Source: an uncultured Gemmatimonadales bacterium (GTDB lineage: Bacteria; Gemmatimonadota; Gemmatimonadetes; Gemmatimonadales; Gemmatimonadaceae). From it: a stretch of DNA of 64,000 bases. The position numbers were made by a program, and so were the translations under genes. Positions within the stretch are counted from its first letter, which is position 1, and the number at the start of each line of letters is the position of its first letter. The stretch is from assembly GCA_963850905.1 (NCBI GenBank), contig CAWKMU010000003.1, positions 448,001 through 512,000 on the forward strand, written 5' to 3'. This document shows positions 30,163-40,471 of the stretch, in pieces. The notes under the pieces were generated by a model. It searched no databases, was not told the origin of the DNA, and saw only the letters and a list, made by a program, of their open reading frames with translations.

Positions 30163-31866
30163 CTACCGGACGTCGCCGGCCTCTACGGGCTCGACCCGAA
30201 AAAGCGTCACGTCGCCCACCCGCTCCACGGGCCGCGCGCCTTCACTCAGCAGCCGCGTCGCTCGGGGGCTGGCGCCCGCCTCCACGATGTAGTCGTAGTC
30301 GTGACCAATCCGTCGCCAATCGAGCGGAGCAAAGTCGGTCAACCCCCATCGATCGGCCGGCTCGTAGAGATGGTTCCGCTCGACGAAATGCATCAAGAAC
30401 CCGTGGGCCGGCCGGCCGTTGCCCTCCCCGTTCCCATTGAACAAGCCGGGCGCGCGGCCACCGTGCTCGATGACGAACCAAAAGACGAAGTGCCGGTAGG
30501 GAAATACCCGCACACCGTGCCGCTCGCCATCTGCGACGATCGGCAGCACATGACTCCCGGACGGCACTGCGGCCAGCACGGCGCGGTAGTTCGCCAACTC
30601 GTGCTCGATCGTCCGCACCGACCGGCCAATCACCGCATCGTGCAGCAGGCATCCCGCGAGCATGAGTGCGGTCACGGCGCGTGGCGGCGCGACCCCCTGT
30701 GCCTCCGCGGCGCAAAACGGCCAGAGCAAGAGGGGTGGAAGCCAGCGCATGTCGAGATAGCCGGTCCCCGGCGTTCCAGCCGGGAAGCAGATGAACAACA
30801 GCAAACACGTAAGCGCGGCCAGGAGAAACACACTCACCGGTCTCCGCTGCGCCAACACGCGTCGGTTGGCCGCCAGAAACGCGAGGACCATTCCGCCGTA
30901 CACGGCCATCGTGATCGCCATCTGACCGAGCGAGAAGACGTAGAAGACCGAGAAAACATTGCGCAGCTTGTGCAATGGGGGCGGGTAGTCCAGTCCCGCG
31001 CCGCGCGGCGCCGCGGCGGCCGCACCGATGCCTCCCGCGAGACACATCACCGCGACGACGATCGTCGCGCCGGCGACGAACAGCAGCCGGCGATCCTGGC
31101 GCAGCCAGGCAACGATGCCGTCGCCCGTGGCTCCGTTCTCCCGTCCCGTGTGCTCCTGCCGCACGCGCACGAGCGCGCGCACCGCGTCGACCCACAGGAA
31201 CACCAGCACGATCAACGGCGCGGCCAGGTGGATCAGATAGAGGAGAATGAGACCGAGCCAGAGCGCGAGCGTGCGCGCGCGCGACGGCGCGCGACGCACC
31301 GGCCACCATGCCGCCAACCACGCCATCGCCGCGCCGAGTCCGATGACATAGTTGACGAAGCCGACGACCGTGAAGAACCCCATGCCGATCAGGACGCCGA
31401 CCAGCGACCACGCAAGGTTGGCTCGTCCTGCCGCCCGCAGCAGGAACCAGAAGCCGATCGGTACGGCGCAGACGACGAGCACCGCCAACGCGTGAAGCGC
31501 GAAACGCGGCCCGCCAACGTGCACCAGCGCCGCCCCGAGCACATCGAGGCCAAGATAGGGCCCCAGCCTGAAGTGCGTCTCGATGTACGACGGCACGGGC
31601 CCGGATTGACCACCGAACCACGCGCGATCCAGCATGACGTATCGCGCCAGATTGTTGGTCACATCCTCGAACGGGAATTGCCTGACCGACAGCGCCAGCA
31701 CGAGGTGGGCGACGACGCCGGCGACGAGCGCGGCGCTCGCGAGCATCGGAGTCGTCGGCCGGCCGGCGATACGACGGACGAGATCGTACCACGCGCCTCG
31801 ACGCGATGCGACGGCGGCCGGCTGCGGCACCGAACCTCCGGCGGCCGCGTGTGTCACAGGAACCAC
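30163..31866 (-). CDS. Polytopic membrane protein, probable GT-C-fold glycosyltransferase
   Basis: First loop FPFEDVTNNLARY, about 10-11 hydrophobic helices and a soluble C-terminal domain; paralog of the N-terminal part of 33033-35894. Confidence 0.65.
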   Translation of the reverse strand: MVPVTHAAAGGSVPQPAAVASRRGAWYDLVRRIAGRPTTPMLASAALVAGVVAHLVLALSVRQFPFEDVTNNLARYVMLDRAWFGGQSGPVPSYIETHFRLGPYLGLDVLGAALVHVGGPRFALHALAVLVVCAVPIGFWFLLRAAGRANLAWSLVGVLIGMGFFTVVGFVNYVIGLGAAMAWLAAWWPVRRAPSRARTLALWLGLILLYLIHLAAPLIVLVFLWVDAVRALVRVRQEHTGRENGATGDGIVAWLRQDRRLLFVAGATIVVAVMCLAGGIGAAAAAPRGAGLDYPPPLHKLRNVFSVFYVFSLGQMAITMAVYGGMVLAFLAANRRVLAQRRPVSVFLLAALTCLLLFICFPAGTPGTGYLDMRWLPPLLLWPFCAAEAQGVAPPRAVTALMLAGCLLHDAVIGRSVRTIEHELANYRAVLAAVPSGSHVLPIVADGERHGVRVFPYRHFVFWFVIEHGGRAPGLFNGNGEGNGRPAHGFLMHFVERNHLYEPADRWGLTDFAPLDWRRIGHDYDYIVEAGASPRATRLLSEGARPVERVGDVTLFRVEPVEAGDVR

Positions 31867-31876
31867 CGACGATCGA

Positions 31877-32911
31877 TTACCAGCCTGGGCGGATGCCGAC
31901 GCTCAGGGTGGAGTACGCGTGCTGCGGGGGACCGGTGGTATACTCGCGTTGGCGCGTGATCGCGCGGTATTCGACTTCGAAGCGGCCCAGTTGTGCTCCG
32001 GCGCCAAACTCGTACTGAAGGACCGTCGGCTCCTTCTCGACGTGCAAGGCCGGCGCGGTGGTGCTCCCGTCCAGGAAGAGCTCGTAGGCAATGAGATCTT
32101 CCCGTGCCGCTGCCACCGCATAGATCTGGAGCCGGCGCCCCCGACCGCGTACGGACGACCACCACGGGGTCGTCACGCCGTATCCCAAACGACCTTCGGC
32201 ACCGAGTTGGGCCCCTGTCAGCACGTTCCCGACCGACGCGCCCGCCTGTGGCACCAGTGACAGGACCGGCACGCCGTCGATCGAGATGTGGGCAGCCTCG
32301 AGCGATCGCTCGCCGGCAACCAGCACACCGGGTTGAAACGGAATCTGATGCGCCCATCCCAATGCGCGCGGATATCCAATCAGTTGATGCCATGCCGTCT
32401 GGATCTGTCCGGCGAGTGACGGGCTGCCCGTTACGCCGGTTTCGACCGTCACCGCTTCCGACGAGGTCGGCGTCGCGGCTCGCAAGGTCCCCGACGCATA
32501 CAGCCAGCCGGCGTAGGGACGGGCGCCGGGCTCCGGCCTGGCGACCTTGGTCGCGCCCGATGGCGTAAACATCTCCTGTCCGATCTGGTATTCCGTCGTC
32601 GCGCACGTTTCGCCCACGCGCGCCCCGCCACACGCCGGTAGCCGCAGCCACCACCCCCAGAACGGCGTGCCCTCGGTCACAACGTCGACCGACGCGGTAT
32701 TGGTCAACTCGGTGTCGGGCCGCCGTCGCGCGGGCAGCCAGAAATCGAGCTGAGCGTTGCCCTCCTCGATTCGCATGTCGTCCACGACCTGCGCGGACAC
32801 CGGGAGTGCGGTCAGCGTCACGAGCGTCGCGATCCACGCAACGCCGATCGAGCGGCCTACGTTCACGCGCCGGAATCCCGACCCTGGATACTGACTTTGC
32901 CCATGCCCCAT
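31877..32911 (-). CDS. Lipid A deacylase LpxR family outer-membrane barrel
   Basis: IGQEMFTP, RPYAGWLY, QTAWHQLIG, GWAHQI and SVGNV motifs; signal peptide; C-terminal Trp. Confidence 0.8.
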   Translation of the reverse strand: MGHGQSQYPGSGFRRVNVGRSIGVAWIATLVTLTALPVSAQVVDDMRIEEGNAQLDFWLPARRRPDTELTNTASVDVVTEGTPFWGWWLRLPACGGARVGETCATTEYQIGQEMFTPSGATKVARPEPGARPYAGWLYASGTLRAATPTSSEAVTVETGVTGSPSLAGQIQTAWHQLIGYPRALGWAHQIPFQPGVLVAGERSLEAAHISIDGVPVLSLVPQAGASVGNVLTGAQLGAEGRLGYGVTTPWWSSVRGRGRRLQIYAVAAAREDLIAYELFLDGSTTAPALHVEKEPTVLQYEFGAGAQLGRFEVEYRAITRQREYTTGPPQHAYSTLSVGIRPGW

Positions 32912-33032
32912 AATGACGACCAGTGCCGGTCCATCGCACGTGGTTCCCTAATCCCTCATCCCCGAGCCCGCCCGTCGCCAGCTCGCTCCGTTCTCCCTGC
33001 CCCGCCCCCTCTCTACGGCCGCGAAGCGGCCG

Positions 33033-35894
33033 TCACGTGCCCCCGGCGGGGGCCTTCATGAGTGTTGGGAACGTCCACGCGTAGTGATGGCCCGGATTCA
33101 TGATTGGACGGCGCGTCGCCGCGTACGCGTCCCACTGCGAGTTGCCGTATTCAGCCGACATCGCCTCGAACAAATCGTAGCCCCACGTCTCGCGCGGCCC
33201 GGGCACTTTCGGATTGGCGCCGTACGGCCACGCCGAGGGATTCTGTAGCGCGTTGAAGAGGTAGCTCAGCGCTTTCTGTACGCGCGCGCCGCGCGGCGTC
33301 GAAGGATCGAACAGGTTCGGACCACCCGTGTTGCGCACCACGTTGAGCGCCGCGGTCAGCGGATCCAGCGCGAAGTACGTGTACCAGATCCCTCCCGCTG
33401 CACGCGCGATCTCCTCGGGCATCTGCCCGTCCGGCGCGATCGATGAATCGATGTGCCGCTCGAGTCGCACGGTCTCATCGGACACACCAGCCGCGTCGCC
33501 GAGGTAGTCGTACGCCGTCACCGCACCAAAGCTGCCCCAGTCTCCCCAGTTGTTCTTTCGATCTTTGATGGGATTGACCGCTTGCGCGAGATAGACCGAT
33601 CTGACCCACTGCTTGAAAGCCTGCTGGTCTCCGGCGGCCCACCCGGGATAGTTCGAGAGCAACTCGGCGGCGATGATGAAGCCGACCCCAACTTCGGCCA
33701 TCGACAGCTGGCCATCGTAACCAGTGACACCGGTGTTGGTGTGCGCCCACGCGTTCAAGAGGCGCGCTGCGGCGTCGGCATCCTGCGGTCCGTCGCCCAG
33801 CCGATATGCGAGCGCCAGCACGTATGCGGCGTCCGCGTCCCCGGTGATGCCGCCGGTCGCGGCAAAGAATCCCTTCTGATCCTGGTAGTAGCCCGGCACG
33901 TTGTACACAGCCATAGGGTGCGGCTCACGACTGTGTACCCGGCCGACTGACGCTCGAAGCTGGTCATACGCGTCCGCCCATGGCTGGGCGTGTGCTTGGA
34001 TCTTTCCGGTCACGAACGCGATCTGCGCGGGCGTGTAGAACCCGCCGGGTCCCGCACTGTGCGTCCGAACCCGCGACCGGTAGGGGCGACGCATTGCGTC
34101 GCCCGTTGTTGTCGTTCCCTGATCCCTGACCCCTGACGGGTGATAGGAGGCAAACTGGATCATCCCCGACTCGTGCATTGGTCGGGGATCGTGGGATTCG
34201 GACGTTGTCGGCGCGCGGGCACCAAGTGCGGCGTGCACGCGATAGAGCGCGACCATGCGACGCTCCGTCACGAGCTCAGCGTGCGGAGCCACCGCTGCAC
34301 GAGCGGCGGTGTCCGAGCCCGCAACGATCACGTAGTCGTAGTCGGCATCGATCCGCTGCCAATCCAGCGAATCGAGCGGGAACGGGTCCTGCGCACCCCA
34401 TCGCTCATCGGGGTAGTACGACACGACGGGCTCCCGAAAATGCCCGAAAAACTTGTGCGTCAACGCGGGCGGATTCGTCGAGTACCGATCCTCCTCGGCC
34501 AGCAACCCCGGCACACGTCCCCCGGCATCGATCGTGTGCCAGAGCGCAAAGTGGCGAAGTGGGTCGAGCCGACCATAGCGCTCACGGTCCGCCACGATGG
34601 GCAAGAGCCGCGCAGTAGGTGGCACTGCATCGATGACCGCCCGGTATGCGCGCAGATCGGCATCGAGCTGCTGCGTTTCGTGCCGGACGACACCAAGGTG
34701 GAGCAGCGTCGCGATACACGGCACCGCGAGCCACGCGCGCTGCGAGCGCACCGGGCCGGTCGCCGTCGCGCAGAATGGCAGCACGAGCGCCGGCAGCAGC
34801 CACCGCATGTCGACAAATCCGGCGCCGTCCACCCGATAGGGGAACACGAGGAAGAGGAACACGAACACCGCCGCCGACGCCAACATCGCGTCGAGCCGCA
34901 GCGTGCGCCGATTGACGCCAATGAACGCCGCAACCGATGCGACATAGCCAGCACCCATGAGCGCCATCTGCGGATACGAGAACGAATAGAAGGGGCTCGC
35001 GAGGTTGGCGAGCTTGTTGGGGATCGACCGAAAATCCGGCGGCACGTGCGCCAGCGGTGGCTCCGGCCCGAGCGAGCGATACCAGACCAGATACATCACA
35101 CCGACCACCGCCGTCGACGCAACGAGCATCACCAATCGCGCGTCGAGCAACTCGCGGGCGCGTGCGAGCAGTGAAGTTGTTCCCTGACCCGCGACCCCTG
35201 ACCCCTGACCCCTGCTGTCGATGAGCCCCACCAAGTATGTCACCCCCAGCACGACCAACACGGTCATCGCGCCCGCCAGGTGCACGAGGAACACACCAGC
35301 AAGAGCCAGCAGCAACGGAAGACGCGCCCGCCACTGCGTCGCGTCGCGCCGCGGCCACCACGCGGCGAGCCAAAACAGCGCAACACCAATCCCTGCGACG
35401 AAATTGAAGAAGCCGATCAGCAGGTAGAAGCTCAGACTGCAGAGGACGCCGACGAGCGCCCAACCGCGTCGCTGTGGGCAGGTGGCACGCAGCAACATGT
35501 ACATGCCCGCCGGGACCACGACGACGAGCAGACAGGCCATCGCGCGCAATCCCATGGCTGGCCCCATCAGGTGGACCAACATCACACCCAACACATCGAG
35601 CGCGATGTAGGGCGTGGGAATGAACCGGACCTGCACGAAAGGCGCGGGCGTTCCAAACCAGGCACGGTCCATGAGGACATACCGGGCCAGGTTGTTGGTT
35701 GCGTCGTGGTAGGGGAAATAGGCCGCGCCACACACGACGACGAGGGTCGCCAGCAAGGCGAGGCCAACGAGCCATTCCTCCAGGAACCGGAGGCGCGACA
35801 CCCTGCGGGGAAACGCCTGGGTGCCGGGCGCCATATGGAGCGCCCTAACGGGGTCGGCCGTTGTCTGGACCATGAATTGCACCCGAGTTTGCAT
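33033..35894 (-). CDS. GT-C-like membrane protein fused to an alginate-lyase-like (alpha/alpha toroid) domain (start uncertain)
   Basis: N-terminal FPYHDATNNLARY plus multiple TM helices; C-terminal QPWADAY, AARLLNAWA, NNWGDW, PDGQMPEE..R and WYTYF. Confidence 0.75.
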   Translation of the reverse strand: MQTRVQFMVQTTADPVRALHMAPGTQAFPRRVSRLRFLEEWLVGLALLATLVVVCGAAYFPYHDATNNLARYVLMDRAWFGTPAPFVQVRFIPTPYIALDVLGVMLVHLMGPAMGLRAMACLLVVVVPAGMYMLLRATCPQRRGWALVGVLCSLSFYLLIGFFNFVAGIGVALFWLAAWWPRRDATQWRARLPLLLALAGVFLVHLAGAMTVLVVLGVTYLVGLIDSRGQGSGVAGQGTTSLLARARELLDARLVMLVASTAVVGVMYLVWYRSLGPEPPLAHVPPDFRSIPNKLANLASPFYSFSYPQMALMGAGYVASVAAFIGVNRRTLRLDAMLASAAVFVFLFLVFPYRVDGAGFVDMRWLLPALVLPFCATATGPVRSQRAWLAVPCIATLLHLGVVRHETQQLDADLRAYRAVIDAVPPTARLLPIVADRERYGRLDPLRHFALWHTIDAGGRVPGLLAEEDRYSTNPPALTHKFFGHFREPVVSYYPDERWGAQDPFPLDSLDWQRIDADYDYVIVAGSDTAARAAVAPHAELVTERRMVALYRVHAALGARAPTTSESHDPRPMHESGMIQFASYHPSGVRDQGTTTTGDAMRRPYRSRVRTHSAGPGGFYTPAQIAFVTGKIQAHAQPWADAYDQLRASVGRVHSREPHPMAVYNVPGYYQDQKGFFAATGGITGDADAAYVLALAYRLGDGPQDADAAARLLNAWAHTNTGVTGYDGQLSMAEVGVGFIIAAELLSNYPGWAAGDQQAFKQWVRSVYLAQAVNPIKDRKNNWGDWGSFGAVTAYDYLGDAAGVSDETVRLERHIDSSIAPDGQMPEEIARAAGGIWYTYFALDPLTAALNVVRNTGGPNLFDPSTPRGARVQKALSYLFNALQNPSAWPYGANPKVPGPRETWGYDLFEAMSAEYGNSQWDAYAATRRPIMNPGHHYAWTFPTLMKAPAGGT
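34080..34137 (+). repeat. Composite REP plus heptamer tail inside a coding sequence
   Basis: GTAGGGGCGACGCATTGCGTCGCCC-GTTGTTGTCGTT-CCCTGAT-CCCTGAC-CCCTGAC. Confidence 0.85.
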
Positions 35895-36044
35895 CGCGAA
35901 ATGCGCGCCAGGAAATGCCGGATCGATCTGGTGGCACCGCTAATTGATATCGGTGTTCCAGGGTCGACTGCGTCCACTCCACAGGCCAGGAGGCTTTGAC
36001 TGAAGGCACGACGGGATGTCGAATCGGCAGGAACGGCGAGTCGG

Positions 36045-37695
36045 GTGGCACACCGAGGGGTGTTGGCGGCCGTCGCCGCTCTCACCATCGTCGGCGCCGG
36101 GCTGCGCCTCTACCGGCTCGGGCATCAGAGCCTCTGGAATGACGAGATCGTTACCTACATCAGCGCGTACGGCACGCCATGGCGTGTGGTCACCCAGCGT
36201 GTAGAGAACAGCAACATCCCGCCCCTGTACTACCTTGTGGCCAACGCGAGTCTCTCCCTGGGGACGCACGCCCCTCCGGACATTCGAGACTGCGCTGCGC
36301 GCGCCGTCAGTGCTCGTCGGCGTGCTCACGATCCCTCTGTTGTTTCTCGTGGTCCGCACCTGGTTGGGCACGCGTGTCGCGCTGGCAGCCGCTGCGTGCA
36401 TTGCCGTCTCACCCTTCCATGTCTGGTACAGCCAGGAAGCTCGGCCATATGCGCCCCTGCTCGCCCTCTCCTTGATTGCCGTGGCCTGCATACAGCGCGC
36501 GATTCGCCATCCCAGCTCGTACTGGTGGAAGGCAGCCACGGCGCTCGCGCTGGCCGCGACGCTTTACTGCCATACCGTGGGGCTGGCATTCGTGCTGTTC
36601 GCCGCCGCGTACGTGGCATCCGAGTTGTGGCGATGGGCCCCGGCGCGCTCCTCACTGCCCGACGAACCGCCGGTAGGGGCGACGCATTGCGTCGCCCTCT
36701 CGCACCGTCCGCAATACTCCATTGACGAAAGGGATCGAGCGCGACGCATCGCCTTCGACACCCAGCGTCGCGCCTGGATCGCGACGTTCCTCGGGGTCGC
36801 GGTGCTGTGCATCCCCGCGGTCTACCGGCTCCTGTCCTTCCCCCCCACGAATTCAGCGGACGCGGAACGGGCCCTGTCACCCCTGCAGCTCGGCTACACG
36901 CTGTGGAGTTTCGTCGTGGGCTACTCCTTCGGGCCAAGCCTCGGCGAGCTGCACGCCGCGGATCGGCACGCGGTGCTCGCGCAGTATGCGGTAGCCGTTG
37001 TGCCCGTCGCGCTGCTGCTCGGCGGCCTGATGATCTGGGGTGCGCTCACGCTCGCGCGCCGCAACGCGCGTGTGGCACGGCTGGTGACGCTCTGGTTTCT
37101 CTTCCCGCTGCTATTCGTGGTCGCTGGCGCACTGGTCACCGTACACCCGTTCAACGTTCGCTACGCCGTGCTCTCCTTCATCCCCGTGATCATCGTGCTC
37201 GCCATGGGTCTCGATGCGTTGCCTCGCGGCGGCGTGCGCCTCGCGGGGTGGGCCGGTCTGCTCGCATTGAGCGCCGTGTCGCTGCACGGGTACTACGTCG
37301 ATCCCAAATATGCGCGCGACGACAACCGCGGCGCGGGGCAGTTCTTCACGACACACGCCGGCAGCAGTGAGGTCGTCGTGGCCCATCGCGCCTTCACCGC
37401 AAAGGACTTTCGGTTCTATGCGCCTCCCGGGACGACCATCATTCCGTATCCCGCAGGCGACCGGTCCATTACCTCGGCGGATGTCGGGGGCGATCTCCAG
37501 AGACTCGTGCACGACGCGCCCCGCTTCTGGATGTTTCTCAGTCGATCGACACCCGATGAAATCACACCGCTCCTCGACTACTGCGACCACCACTATCACC
37601 GCGATGCCGCAGCGTCGTTTCGATCGACGGGAGTCGAGTTGATCGCGTGCGTGCGCGAGCCTGCACCGCTCACCACCACCATCGGCAACCCGTGA
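36045..37695 (+). CDS. GT39/ArnT/PMT-like (GT-C) glycosyltransferase with a frameshift near 36260-36290
   Basis: SLWNDE and PPLYY in the first frame; ALRAPSV and SPFHVWYSQEARPYA in the second frame. Confidence 0.85.
36673..36697 (+). repeat. REP hairpin in frame inside the GT39 gene
   Basis: GTAGGGGCGACGCATTGCGTCGCCC is translated as VGATHCVA. Confidence 0.85.
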
Positions 37696-38909
37696 CGGAC
37701 TCCAGCACCAGCCGACAGGTCGGGATCTTTCGGCTCCGGTACCCGGTCGTCTCGGAGACGTTCATCCGTGAGCAGGCGCGCTCCCTCGCGCGTTACCAGC
37801 CGACGATCATCACGCGATCAAGAATGATCGACAGCGGTGAGCCCACCGGCATGATGACCGTCGGCGGCCATCTCCCATCCGGTGCGATGCGCATGGCGCG
37901 GGCAATGTACGTCGCCACCGCGTCGCCCTGGCTGTTCGGTCCGCGACGCACCTGGCCGCCGATCACCCTCCTGCATGCTCACTTTGGTCCAGACGCCACG
38001 TACGCGCTCCCGCTGGCCGAGCGCCTCGGCGTTCCGCTCATCACGACATTTCACGGGTGGGATATCACCTTGCCGCGATCGTCGTATCTCACCCGCGCAA
38101 GCCTGACGACCTGGCGCTACGTCGCGCGGAGCGCCGCGCTCCGCCGCCACGGAACGACGTTCATCGCGGTGTCGGATTACATCCGGGACTGCCTCCTCGC
38201 ACAGGGATACCCAGCCGATCGTGTCGTCCGCCTCTACGTGGGAGTCGATATCGAACGGTTCCAGCCGCTGCCGAAGCGCGGGGCCGTGCGTTTCGTGCTG
38301 TCGGTCGCGCGGCACACGGAGCAAAAGGGGGTCGGCACGCTCATCCGTGGGTTTGCCCGTCTCGCCGGCACGTGTCCCGATGTGGACCTGATCCAGGTGG
38401 GCACGGGCCCCCTGACGGCGGACTTGAAGCGCATCGCCGCGGAGCACGGTGTCGGTCACCGCGTGCAATTCGTCGGAGCACTGTCACACGACGCCGTCCG
38501 CGCGCTCATGGTCCGTGCGACGGTCGTGGCCCTGACGAGTCAAACGCCCGCCAACGGCCAGCAGGAAGCCCTGGGACTCGTCCTCAACGAAGCCGGAGCG
38601 TGCGGCGTGCCGGTCGTCGCCACGCGACACGGTGGGATGCCGGAGGCGGTCATCCACGGCGAGACCGGCCTGTTGGTGCCGGAAGGCGATGAGATGGCCG
38701 TCGGCGAGGCGCTGCTGACCATCATGAGCGACTCCAGCCTCGCGGCCCGCATGGGTGCGCGAGGCCGCACCCTCGTCTCCGACGTCTTCAACGTGCGGAC
38801 ACAGACGGCAGCGCTGGAAGATCTCTACGATCGAGTGACAGGGTCGAGTCTCGCGCAAAACATTGTGCAACGTGATCCGCGAGACGGAGCGCAACAGCGA
38901 GTATCGTGA
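37692..38909 (+). CDS. Glycosyltransferase family 4 (WcaL/AmsK-like)
   Basis: SETFI, HAHFG, TFHGWD, QKG and EALGLVLNEA motifs; GTGA overlap with the upstream gene. Confidence 0.9.
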   Translation: MTDSSTSRQVGIFRLRYPVVSETFIREQARSLARYQPTIITRSRMIDSGEPTGMMTVGGHLPSGAMRMARAMYVATASPWLFGPRRTWPPITLLHAHFGPDATYALPLAERLGVPLITTFHGWDITLPRSSYLTRASLTTWRYVARSAALRRHGTTFIAVSDYIRDCLLAQGYPADRVVRLYVGVDIERFQPLPKRGAVRFVLSVARHTEQKGVGTLIRGFARLAGTCPDVDLIQVGTGPLTADLKRIAAEHGVGHRVQFVGALSHDAVRALMVRATVVALTSQTPANGQQEALGLVLNEAGACGVPVVATRHGGMPEAVIHGETGLLVPEGDEMAVGEALLTIMSDSSLAARMGARGRTLVSDVFNVRTQTAALEDLYDRVTGSSLAQNIVQRDPRDGAQQRVS

Positions 38910-40451
38910 TGGTCGGGTTCGCGTATCCACCAGTTGGAAAGACGGAACTGCCCGTCACGTAGAGATTGGGGACCGAGTGGACGCGGCCATTCGCATCGAC
39001 GACCCCCTGTCGCGGATCGCGGTGCATCCGCGTCGTGCCCATATGATGCCAACTCCCCGTGATGCGCGCAGCCCACGCGCCGACTGGGTCGTCGGGAAGA
39101 TGCACCGTGCCGATACCCGCCCGAGCCAGCACGGCGCCGATCGCCTCGAGATTGGCCGTCATGCTCTCGAGATCACGGGGATTGACGCGCCAGTCGAGCG
39201 CGACGCGTGGCATCCCGAGCTCGTCCTGTGTGCGCTCGATCATGACGCGGCTCTCGCGCCATGGCGTTTGCTCCCCGCGCCCCATGATCTCGTACACGTT
39301 TCGGCCGGGCCCGACGGGCAGGCCATACCAGGTCAGCAGGCCCGTTTCACGAATGTCGCGGACGGCCTTGTCGATCACCCGGAGCGCGAATCCGACACCC
39401 CCGGCCCGCGCAATGGACGCGGCGTGCAAGCCCCATGGGTGCCGCCGTTTCGCCTGACGCCGAAGCGTAGCGGCGACCGAGCGCCGGTTTGGCGGCAAGA
39501 GGGCGGCGCTGAAGCCGGCGAGTCCGCGCTCACGCCGAGCGTCCGGGCTGAGGGTGAATGCGCCCAACGGACGTCTGACACTGCGCCGACCCTCGATGTA
39601 GAACGAGAGGTTCGCATCGCAGTCCGTCGGCATGAAGCACCCGAGTCGCACGTGCAAGTGCTCCATGAAGTACCGCCCAACGAGATCGTGCTCATTGCCC
39701 AATCCCGCCGACCGCGTGGCGTGTGACGCCAGGAGAAGGCGGGCATTCTCAATGCCGCCGGCGGCGAGGATGAATCGTCGGGCTTCGACCCGGAAGCCAG
39801 TGCCCTTGAGTGTTCGCACTACGGCGGCGGTGACCGGCCCACCGTGCACGCCCCCCTCCAGGCGCACGACGTTCGCGGACAGCACCACGTGCGTATTCTC
39901 CGCCGCCGCCAGGTCCTGACGGTACGCCTGACCGAACCGAGTCGGTGGACTGAACTGATACACGATGGTGCGGAGCGCCGGATCGGAGACCGACACCCGT
40001 GGTCGACGCGGGAGCGGGGGGCCGCGATCGACCTCGTCCTCACTGACGGCGAGGTGGCAGAGCATCCGCGCTTCGCGATAGTAGGGCGTGAGATCACGCT
40101 GTGAATGGGCCACCCGCTGTCAGGCACCCACTCGCGTTGCCGGAAATCGTCATCGTCCAGGGAACGGCACCACCCGCCCCAGCGCTGCGTGCTCCCACCG
40201 AATGTTCGAACGCGACACCCGTCGAGCGGGAAGTATTCGCGTCCGACGTTGCGCCCTTGATAGAGGGCCTGTGTGGCCCGGTGCGGCTGGAACGATCCGC
40301 TCTCGAGCAACACGATCTGCAGGGGGCGTCCGCCAGGCCTCGTGTCCTGCAGGACGCGCGCGATCGAAATGCCAGCGGCACCGGCGCCGACGATGCAGAC
40401 GTCGGCCCGCACCGTATCGCCCTCCGGGAATGCCCACGCGTCGATCAGCAT
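38788..40451 (-). CDS. GMC family FAD oxidoreductase with a 1-nt deletion near 40104
   Basis: IVGAGAAG, GGSTQRWGG, AAGGIENARLLL, GRYFMEH, HHMGTTRM and ANPTITI; adding one T gives WPISQRDL. Confidence 0.9.
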
Positions 40452-40471
40452 CGTCGCCTGAAAGGCCCGTC

